NCBI GenBank assembly: GCA_040756875.1
Contig: JBFLYH010000001.1
Location: 1,452,399-1,516,398, forward strand
Direction of reading: 5' to 3'
From: a candidate division FCPU426 bacterium
Lineage (GTDB): Bacteria > Oederibacteriota > JAAXVQ01 > JAUVAV01
DNA: 64,000 bases
In this document: positions 45,681-53,288 of the stretch, piece after piece
Layout: every line of letters begins with the position of its first letter
Numbering within the stretch: position 1 is the first letter of the stretch
Program-made: the position numbers and the translations under genes
Notes under the pieces: model-generated
The model's input: the letters and a program-made list of their open reading frames with translations, nothing else
The model's database searches: none
Told to the model about the DNA's origin: nothing

Positions 45681-47783
45681 TCAGCCTTTCCTGAATATCT
45701 TTTCGTCCAGCGCGATGCCGCGGCTGGCGAGTTCGGACACGAAGGAGGGCACGTACCCCGTGGCGCGGTAATCGCCCGCCACCTTGCCGCTTTTGTCCAC
45801 CCCGGTCTGTTTGAAGACAAACACATCCTTGAGCGCCACCTGGCCGTCCTCGATGCCCAGCACTTCCGCGATCTGCGTGATTTTGCGGCTGCCGTCCTGC
45901 AGCCGGGACTGCTGCACCACCAGGTGCACGGCGCCCGCGATCTGCTCGCGGATGGCGCGCACCGGCAGCTCCATGCCGGACATGAGCACCATGGTTTCCA
46001 GGCGGGAGACGGCGTCCTTGGGCGAATTGGCGTGGGCCGTGGTCAAGGAGCCGTCGTGCCCCGTGTTCATGGCCTGGAGCATGTCCAGGGCTTCGCCGCC
46101 TCGGCACTCGCCCACCACGATCCGGTCCGGCCGCATGCGCAGGCAGTTGCGCACCAGGTCGCGGATGGTGATGGCGCCCTTGCCCTCGATGTTGGCCGGC
46201 CGGGCCTCGAGCGTGACCACATGGGGCTGCGGCAGGTTCAGTTCGGCCGCGTCCTCCACGGTGATGATGCGTTCGTCCTCGGGAATGAAGGCGGCCACGA
46301 TGTTGAGCAGCGTGGTTTTGCCCGAGCCCGTGCCGCCGGAAATCACGATGTTCTTCCGGCAGCGCACGCTGGCGCCCAGAAAATCGGCCATCTCTTTCGT
46401 GAGGGAGCCAAATTTCATCAGGTCCTCCACGGTGTATCGCTGTTTGGAGAATTTCCGGATGGTCAGGGTGGGCCCCTTGAGGGCCAGAGGCGGAATGATG
46501 GCATTGACGCGGGAGCCGTCCGCCAGCCGCGCGTCCACGTACGGCTGGCTCTCGTCGATCCGGCGGCCCAGCGGGGCCACGATCCGTTCGATGACGGTCA
46601 TGAGCTGCTTGTCGCTGAGAAAATGCTTGTCGCTCCGCTCCAGGCGGCCGCGGCGTTCCAAATAAATCTGGTCAGCCCGGTTGACCATGATTTCCGTCAC
46701 CGAGGGGTCGCGGATCAGGTCTTCCAGGGGGCCCAGGCCCAGGGCCTCGTCCACCATTTCGCGCACCAGTTGCTCCCGGAGTTCGCGGTTGGTAAGCTCG
46801 GACGCTTCCTGAGCCATGAGCGAAGTGACCACGGCCTCCACCTTGTCGCGTAAAAAAGCCTGGCCCGCGGCCGTGCGCCCGGATTCGCTGGCCAGGTGCC
46901 GCAATTCGGGGTTCTCCAGCAACAAGCCGTGGATCCGTTCCTTCACCGCGGTCAGGTCCTCGCGCTTGTCCTGAGCCTGAGCCGGCTGGGTCTCGCCCTC
47001 CTCGGGCTGCCAGGTATCCGAGCGGTAGCGCGTGTCAACCGCCAGCAAAGCCTGGCTCATGGCCTTTACCTGTTTGGCAAAAGCCGCGTGGGGATAAAGC
47101 TGGATCAGTTCCCGGTGCTGGTTCACGGCTTCTGTGGCCTGATCCGCATACGGCAGGCTGGCCAGGACTTTGAAGCCAGGGAGGGTTTTTTCCAGGTCCT
47201 CGAGCCTCAGCGCGTGCGGAACGTCCGCGCGGTTGAGCACCAGGCTGATTTTGGCCGCCGGGAATTTCAGTTCCTGATAGCGCAGGGTGTCGGCCCGGGC
47301 CTGCCTGAGGCCCACCAGGTCAGGAGAACACACGAGCAGGATGCGGTCCGCGGCATCGAGCACGGACAGGGCCAGGCGGTCCCAGCCTGCCAGCCCGTCC
47401 ACTACAATCACATCATAAGCCTGCCGGAAGAGGCTCAGGCTGCGCAGAATCTGCTGGCTGCTCACGCCCAAGGCCCCGGCGGCATTGTCCGCCAGGGCGA
47501 TGACCTCCACCCCGGAGGCGGTCTGGGGAAAATACCCCCGCAGCGTGGCAGCGTCGAACCGGTTCAATTGGGCCGCGATCTCGGCGAGCGTGTTTCCGGC
47601 TCCCAGGTCGGCCCTCAGTTTTTGTTCGGACCGTGCCTGCACGTCCAGATCCACCAGGGCCACGGCCCTGCCGGTTTGCCGCAGCGAGGCCGCCAGGTTT
47701 TGGGCCAGCAGGCTTTTGCCCTCGCCCGCCTTGCCGCCGTGCAGAACCAGCATCAAACCTGCCGATTGGTCGGTAGCTGCCAT
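45681..47783 (-). CDS. cpaF: CpaE/TadZ (MinD/ParA-like)-CpaF/TadA ATPase fusion
   Basis: N-half GGKAGEGKS, VDLD, LNR; C-half GLGPLE, GGTGSGKTT, LRMRPDRIVVGE, MNTGHDG; one frame. Confidence 0.92.
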   Translation of the reverse strand: MAATDQSAGLMLVLHGGKAGEGKSLLAQNLAASLRQTGRAVALVDLDVQARSEQKLRADLGAGNTLAEIAAQLNRFDAATLRGYFPQTASGVEVIALADNAAGALGVSSQQILRSLSLFRQAYDVIVVDGLAGWDRLALSVLDAADRILLVCSPDLVGLRQARADTLRYQELKFPAAKISLVLNRADVPHALRLEDLEKTLPGFKVLASLPYADQATEAVNQHRELIQLYPHAAFAKQVKAMSQALLAVDTRYRSDTWQPEEGETQPAQAQDKREDLTAVKERIHGLLLENPELRHLASESGRTAAGQAFLRDKVEAVVTSLMAQEASELTNRELREQLVREMVDEALGLGPLEDLIRDPSVTEIMVNRADQIYLERRGRLERSDKHFLSDKQLMTVIERIVAPLGRRIDESQPYVDARLADGSRVNAIIPPLALKGPTLTIRKFSKQRYTVEDLMKFGSLTKEMADFLGASVRCRKNIVISGGTGSGKTTLLNIVAAFIPEDERIITVEDAAELNLPQPHVVTLEARPANIEGKGAITIRDLVRNCLRMRPDRIVVGECRGGEALDMLQAMNTGHDGSLTTAHANSPKDAVSRLETMVLMSGMELPVRAIREQIAGAVHLVVQQSRLQDGSRKITQIAEVLGIEDGQVALKDVFVFKQTGVDKSGKVAGDYRATGYVPSFVSELASRGIALDEKIFRKG

Positions 47784-47791
47784 AAGCCGCC

Positions 47792-48739
47792 TCAGCGCCC
47801 CACCAGCCGCGGGGTCACGAAGATCACCAACTCCGAGTTTTCGCGGATCAAGCGGGTGGATTTGAATAGATAACCCAGGATCGGGATATCAGAGAGAACC
47901 GGCAGGCCCTGGTGGTTCAGCTGGTTGGTTTCGTTGAGCAGGCCGCCGATGACCACCGTGGTTTCGGGTTGCACCTGGATCACCGTGGAGGCCCAGCGCG
48001 TTTTCAGCGAGGGATTGCCCTGGACCTGCTTGGTGAAGTCCGCGTCCGACACCTCGGCGCGCAGTTCCACGGTCACCAGACCGTTGTTCTGCGCCGTGGG
48101 CTGGACATCCAGGCTGACCCCGTATTTCTTCCATTCCACGTTGGACTGGCCGGTGGCGTTCACGGTCGCCACCGGGATCTCACCGCCCGAGGAAAAGCTG
48201 GCTTTGTGCCCGGACAAGGTCAACAGCTTGGGCCGCGCCAAAACTTTACCCTGTCCCTTTTCATCCAGCAGCTTGAGCAAAAGGTCCAGTTTGCCCCGCT
48301 CCAGAGTGCCGATGGCAGTCAACGGGCTCGTGGTCTCGAGCAGGCTCAATTTGCCCGCCGGGCCGACCAGGCGTTCCCAGTCCAGGCCCAGATTCTTGTC
48401 TTCGTTCTGGCGGATTTCCATGACCTGGACATCCACCTGGATCATGGTTTCCGCCACCCGGCCGGCGGTCACCACCACGGTGGAGGTGTCCTTGCGGTTA
48501 TCGCGGTCCCACACGATCAAAGTAGTGGCGCCCAGGGTCTTGCCGGTGATCAACAGTTCCTGATCGCTGATTTGCTTCACGTCCGCCACTTCGGGGTTGC
48601 CGATGGCCACCCGCAGCGGAGCCCGCACGCCCACCACCTGGGCCGCGCCCAGCATGACCTGGATTTCCTTCCCGGCCTGCGAAGTAGCCGGACAAACAAT
48701 TGCAATTGCGAGTATGCTCACTGCCAGGACGCGACGCAT
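47792..48739 (-). CDS. Tad secretin (CpaC/RcpA-like, short)
   Basis: RVAIGNPEVADV, LARPKL...SG, GGEIP, GLPVLSDIPILGYLF, ELVIFVTP. Confidence 0.9.
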   Translation of the reverse strand: MRRVLAVSILAIAIVCPATSQAGKEIQVMLGAAQVVGVRAPLRVAIGNPEVADVKQISDQELLITGKTLGATTLIVWDRDNRKDTSTVVVTAGRVAETMIQVDVQVMEIRQNEDKNLGLDWERLVGPAGKLSLLETTSPLTAIGTLERGKLDLLLKLLDEKGQGKVLARPKLLTLSGHKASFSSGGEIPVATVNATGQSNVEWKKYGVSLDVQPTAQNNGLVTVELRAEVSDADFTKQVQGNPSLKTRWASTVIQVQPETTVVIGGLLNETNQLNHQGLPVLSDIPILGYLFKSTRLIRENSELVIFVTPRLVGR

Positions 48740-48772
48740 AAACCCCTCCGGAATCACGAATAGCAGCCCATG

Positions 48773-49579
48773 CTATTGCAGGCCGCGGATAATCTGGACC
48801 CCCCGCTTGGCAGGGGCGATGTCATCCTGTTTGGCCCGCAACAGGGGCCCCAACAGGGTCTTCAAGTTCTGCTCGGAAAGGTCGGCCACGTTCTCGTCCC
48901 CCACCGAACGCAGCATGATCTTCAAACTGCCCTCCGACTCCGCCAAGGACAGCCTGAGCGCGTCCTCCGGCGACACCGCCAGGCTGATGGTCAGACTGCC
49001 GCCGGAGGCCCCGGCCTCAGCGGATTTGGGCGCATCGGCCGTGGTTTCAGAACCCACGGAAGTCACCAGCAGGTTTTGCGCCAGCAGCACGGTGGTGATC
49101 CGTTTCTCGCCCCGGAATTGGTGTTCAAAGGTTCCGATCAAGTCCACGTGGTTGCCGGGCTTGATGTGCCCGCCCACCGCTGCCGCCGGATCAAAGCCCA
49201 GGGCAATGATGCGCATGCCTTCAGGCACCACTCCGGCGAATCCGGGCAGGATTTTGGAAAGTTTGTTGGGAAGGATCTGTTCGCCTTTGGCGATGGGGAC
49301 CACGGCAAACTGGCCTTTATAGGCTTTCCATTGCGCCAGCAAGCCTTCGCGGGTGGGCGAGGCAATGGCTCCGGGCATGACATAAGCCCCCGGGATTTCG
49401 TCCACCAAAATACGGTCACCGGTCAGCGCGGCGCCGCGGCCGATGGGTTTCTTGGCCACCAGTACCTTTAAAGGCGTGACATCGGCTTTGACTGCAGCCT
49501 CTTTTTCGGACAGATAGTAGTAAACCAGCAAAGCCGCCACTGCGGCCAAAAGCAATGCCACCAAGGTTTGTCGGTTCAT
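48773..49579 (-). CDS. cpaB: Flp pilus assembly protein CpaB/RcpC
   Basis: SAF domain VLVAKKPI, GMR, VGGHIKPGNHVD, LLAQN. Confidence 0.92.
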   Translation of the reverse strand: MNRQTLVALLLAAVAALLVYYYLSEKEAAVKADVTPLKVLVAKKPIGRGAALTGDRILVDEIPGAYVMPGAIASPTREGLLAQWKAYKGQFAVVPIAKGEQILPNKLSKILPGFAGVVPEGMRIIALGFDPAAAVGGHIKPGNHVDLIGTFEHQFRGEKRITTVLLAQNLLVTSVGSETTADAPKSAEAGASGGSLTISLAVSPEDALRLSLAESEGSLKIMLRSVGDENVADLSEQNLKTLLGPLLRAKQDDIAPAKRGVQIIRGLQ

Positions 49580-49674
49580 GACCCCTCCTCAGGAATCGCG
49601 GCAGACAAGGATATCGATATATTTAATAGACCGGGAAACCGGAAAAACCATGCGTCTAAAATAATTTTTTTCAG

Positions 49675-50187
49675 TTATTGCAGGGGAACTTCCACTGCAC
49701 CGGATTTCCGCATGCGCTTTGCTTCGGGGTGCAGGCGGATATTCTCGGGATAAGGCAAGCGATCCCCCCGGTCCACGTAGATGATCTTGTAATTGCGTTC
49801 TTCGTCGCGGCCGAGGATAAAATGATAAATTTCATCCCCGCTGCGCTCATGCGTGACCCGGTAATAGAGCTGGATTTCGTCCCGGCCAGGCACTTCCTGA
49901 AAACTTTCACAGATCGCCCGGCGCAAGGGGCCGGCCTCTGTCAAAATCGCCTGGTAATCAGCCTGGAAGCTGGCCAAGTCCGAGCCCGGGCCCTGTTTGC
50001 TGGCATTGGCCAGGTACTGGTCGTAAATCCGGGAGTACTCGCCCAGGGACAAGCCGCGCAGAAATTGATTGGCCACGGCGATGGCTTGGTCTTCATTTTG
50101 GACGAACGCGGCGGGTTTGCAGGCAGGCAGCCAGCAAACAGCGAGGCTCAGCAATGCGAGGAGAGGGGCGAACGTGCGCATTGGCAC
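49675..50187 (-). CDS. Hypothetical lipoprotein
   Basis: LPA-C lipobox; AIAVANQFL...IY pattern of NTF2-like small lipoproteins. Confidence 0.65.
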   Translation of the reverse strand: MPMRTFAPLLALLSLAVCWLPACKPAAFVQNEDQAIAVANQFLRGLSLGEYSRIYDQYLANASKQGPGSDLASFQADYQAILTEAGPLRRAICESFQEVPGRDEIQLYYRVTHERSGDEIYHFILGRDEERNYKIIYVDRGDRLPYPENIRLHPEAKRMRKSGAVEVPLQ

Positions 50188-50245
50188 GCATTATACCAGT
50201 TGCCGGCAGCCGGATGAAGCGAAAAGCCCCGCACTTTTCGGGGCC

Positions 50246-51331
50246 CTAGCGGTGCGCATCGCCGGCCAGCGGGAACGTCACGGCCACCGTCGTTCCCCGG
50301 CCGGGTTCGCTGGTCAGCGCGATTTCGCCGCCCAAGAGATCCAGTAATTTCTTGACGATATACAGCCCGAGGCCATGCGAGTCCTCGCCGGCCGTGGGCT
50401 GACTGGAGGTTCGGCCGAAAGGTTTGAAGAGTTTCTCCTGGTCTTCGGGGCGGATGCCGACCCCATGGTCCTGCACGACGACGCACGCCACACGTTGTCC
50501 CGGCTGGAGGCGCACCAGTACTTCCGAGCCGGGGCTGGAGTAATTTATCGCATTGGAAATCAAGTTGTTGAAAACTTCCTCGAACCGGTGCGGATCCATG
50601 GCGAGGCGGACCGGTTCCTCCGGCTGTTCAAGCTGGAGCCGGATATTTTTAGCTTCGGCCGCAGCGGCGAAATTGGCCAGGCAGGTACGGAGCATCGGCT
50701 GGATTTCCACGGGTTCCAGACGCACCTCCACGGTCCCGTTCTCGATGCTCTTCGCATCCAGCATGTTGTTCACCAATTCCAGCGCGTACCGCGCCTGGCG
50801 CACGATGGGTTCGCTGATGGTCTGCAGATGCGGATCAGGATAACGGCCGAGTATTTGCGCGAAGGACCTGATGACCGCCAGTGGATTGCGCAGATCGTGC
50901 GCCAATATGCCCATCAGGCGGTCTTTCTGGCGGCCCAATTCTTCCACGGCCTTCCAATGGCTCACATCGCGGAACACTTCGATAGCGCCGATAACCTCCC
51001 CCCGGGAATTGCGCAACGCCCGGATATGGGTTTCCATAGGCACTTTTTCGCCGCGGGCGGTCATGGCATAGACGATTTTTTGGGCCGGTTCGCCCGTGCG
51101 CACGACTTTGTCCGCCGGGCACACCTGTTCGCACAATTTGCAGCCAGTTTCATCCTCGTGCTTGAGCGGCCCCTCATGGCAGAATTTTCCGACGATCCAC
51201 TCCGCCGGATATCCGGTCAGGCGCTCGGCGCCAAGGTTCCAGAACAGGATCCGCCGTTCCGGATCCACGATGTAGACGCCGTCGAACAGTTCATTTAAAA
51301 TCGCAGTGGTCTCCGGCGCTGTCCATTCCAT
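50246..51331 (-). CDS. Cytoplasmic PAS sensor histidine kinase
   Basis: PAS (WNLGAERLTGY) with Cys cluster; AHDLRNPL, NLISNA, DHGVG, GLGL. Confidence 0.93.
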   Translation of the reverse strand: MEWTAPETTAILNELFDGVYIVDPERRILFWNLGAERLTGYPAEWIVGKFCHEGPLKHEDETGCKLCEQVCPADKVVRTGEPAQKIVYAMTARGEKVPMETHIRALRNSRGEVIGAIEVFRDVSHWKAVEELGRQKDRLMGILAHDLRNPLAVIRSFAQILGRYPDPHLQTISEPIVRQARYALELVNNMLDAKSIENGTVEVRLEPVEIQPMLRTCLANFAAAAEAKNIRLQLEQPEEPVRLAMDPHRFEEVFNNLISNAINYSSPGSEVLVRLQPGQRVACVVVQDHGVGIRPEDQEKLFKPFGRTSSQPTAGEDSHGLGLYIVKKLLDLLGGEIALTSEPGRGTTVAVTFPLAGDAHR

Positions 51332-51453
51332 GTCATATCCCCGCTTGGTTTTGCCCCGGCAAGGGGCCCGGCCGGGGCTGGGAACGTCATAATGCTGGTA
51401 TTATCTATTAACGGAATATGCTATTTTGAGTTCAAGTTAAAACGGGCCCGTAA

Positions 51454-52008
51454 ATGCCCGATTCCTCCCGGAGGCGCTTTATGCGGCAGTGGCTGGCAGC
51501 TGTCATTTCGGTCTGGTGGATCGTTGGCAGCGCGTTGGCGGCCGAACCGCCGGCCGGATCCGCATCCGTGGAGAAAACCGACGAGGCGACGGCCGGTTTG
51601 GCCGAGCTCCAGCCCGAATCGCCGCTGCAACCGGGTAGCGGCCTGGCCCTCGAGGGCCGTCTGGTGGTCTGCGTTTATAAAATCCGAAACACCCGCGGGA
51701 ATGTCTGGGTGGGCGTGTTCGCCTCGCCCGCAGGCTTCCCGGATTTTAAACAGGCGCGCCTGCTGTCCGTAGCCAAAATAAAAAAAGGCAGCGCGGAAAC
51801 GACTTTCAACCGGCTGCCTTATGGAACCTACGCGCTTGCCGCCTTTCATGACGAGGACGGCAACTTGAAATTAACCACCAACTGGCGGGGCAAACCCAAG
51901 GAAGGCATGGGTTTTTCGAACAATCCGCTCAAGTCCATCTATCAGGACGCCTGTTTCGTTCTGGATGCGCCCGAATCCCGTTTGGTCATCAACTTGATCT
52001 ATCCTTGA
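51454..52008 (+). CDS. DUF2141 family exported protein
   Basis: LPYGTYALAAFHDEDGN...PKEGMGFSNNP. Confidence 0.88.
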   Translation: MPDSSRRRFMRQWLAAVISVWWIVGSALAAEPPAGSASVEKTDEATAGLAELQPESPLQPGSGLALEGRLVVCVYKIRNTRGNVWVGVFASPAGFPDFKQARLLSVAKIKKGSAETTFNRLPYGTYALAAFHDEDGNLKLTTNWRGKPKEGMGFSNNPLKSIYQDACFVLDAPESRLVINLIYP

Positions 52009-52014
52009 CACCGC

Positions 52015-52308
52015 CTAGAACACATAATCCACCGAGGCGCGTTCCTCGACCAAATCCCGCACGTACGCGGCCACGGCTTGGTGCTCGGGGTGCACCCGGT
52101 AGGCCTCCAAATCCGCCAAATTGCGGAACTCCGTGCACAGCGCCACATCGTGGCTGGTATGCGGCGAAGCCAGATTGACGCCCACTTCCAGGTTCACCAC
52201 CAGCGGTATTTTTTCCTGCAGCGCCTCAAGCCGGCCGCGGAGTTCCTTGACCTTGGCCACCAAGCGGTTTTCCGGTTTGAGTTTCCACAGAACGATGTGT
52301 TTGATCAT
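52015..52308 (-). CDS. Dabb (stress-responsive A/B barrel) protein
   Basis: MIKHIVLWK, Y..HPEH, terminal VDY. Confidence 0.92.
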   Translation of the reverse strand: MIKHIVLWKLKPENRLVAKVKELRGRLEALQEKIPLVVNLEVGVNLASPHTSHDVALCTEFRNLADLEAYRVHPEHQAVAAYVRDLVEERASVDYVF

Positions 52309-52649
52309 ATTCGGCGTCTCCTCCGGCCCATCCGGATCAATTCAGCTTTAGCTGCGCGCGTCAAGCGCTTGATTTGCAGTTCACGCCTCATGGCCGCGCT
52401 TAAATCCGAGCAGGCCTCCTGATAGACCAGTTTCACCGGCTTATGGGAGGCGGTGTATTTGGCGCCCCGCCCCTGGTTGTGCTGCTTGATCCGATGCTCC
52501 ACATCCACCGTCAGGCCGGTGTAAAAGGACTTGTCACGGCAGCGGACGATGTAAACGAAAAAACGGCGTTTGGCTTTCCGCCGTCTTGCCAGCCGCTGTT
52601 TGGTTTTCAGTTTCTGTTCCTCCGCGCAACGGCTCTGCTCCGCGCCCAA
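52305..52649 (-). CDS. GIY-YIG nuclease (UPF0213/YazA-like)
   Basis: VYIVRC.D.SFYTG, HNQGRGAKYT, RE.QIK; start uncertain. Confidence 0.88.
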   Translation of the reverse strand: MGAEQSRCAEEQKLKTKQRLARRRKAKRRFFVYIVRCRDKSFYTGLTVDVEHRIKQHNQGRGAKYTASHKPVKLVYQEACSDLSAAMRRELQIKRLTRAAKAELIRMGRRRRRI

Positions 52650-52659
52650 GGCGCGGAGT

Positions 52660-53011
52660 TGGTGGAGGCGGCGGGAATCGAACCCGCGTCCGAAAGACTT
52701 CCTGCTGGCCCCTCTACATGCTTAGTCCCGATTTTCCAGCTCGCCTTGCGATCCTCCTCGGAACCGGATGGTCATAAGGCTATTCCCGGTAATTCTCGCC
52801 CGACCGCCCCAGGACCGAACGGCCAAGCCACCCTGCGAAGTGTCGCCCCATGGCCCCGGCAGGGTCGAAACCATGGAACGTGCAACCTAATTAGGCTGCG
52901 AGTGCGAACTCAGGTTCAGCAGTTAAAGGTTCCACCGTATTTAACGAGGTGAGATGGATTCCTCGGCATGCCAAGCCAACCAAAAGACTCCCGTCGAATC
53001 CAAGCGCCCCC
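52660..53011 (-). ncRNA. ssrA: tmRNA; tag peptide (A)AEPEFALAA at 52891-52920
   Basis: 5' GGGGGCG...GGATTCGACGGG, 3' GGTTCGATTCCCGCCGCCTCCACCA; tag frame ending ALAA-TAA; smpB nearby. Confidence 0.95.
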
Positions 53012-53012
53012 A

Positions 53013-53140
53013 GTCTTTTCGCGAAGCGAAAAGACAGAGCAGTGGAGCAGGTGAACAGTGGAGCAGGTGAGCAAAAGCTCCACTGCGACCAAAGGAAGTC
53101 CCTTCAGGGACGGTCCACTGTTCTACTGCTCAACTGTTCA
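53013..53140. repeat. Composite hairpin + inverted octamer arrays 5' of tmRNA
   Basis: gtcttttcgc-gaa-gcgaaaagac; gagcagtg/gagcaggt/gaacagtg arrays facing ctgttcta/ctgctcaa/ctgttcaa; nested gcgaccaaaggaagtccc. Confidence 0.75.
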
Positions 53141-53288
53141 AGCCCTTTTGCCCCGCTTATTCACCCTCTTTGCTCCGGCCTGTTCTACTGGTCGTCGCCT
53201 CTTGCCATTTTCGCCCTTATACTACCACCAAAACCGCAAAAGGGCAAACAGTGCCGCACTCAGAGAGCAAAGGGCTGTTACCCAGGGC

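Noticed and set aside
52305-52660. Integrative element or homing endonuclease at the tmRNA 3' end
   Set aside because: Short UPF0213-type GIY-YIG protein; no integrase and no duplicated tmRNA 3' end seen
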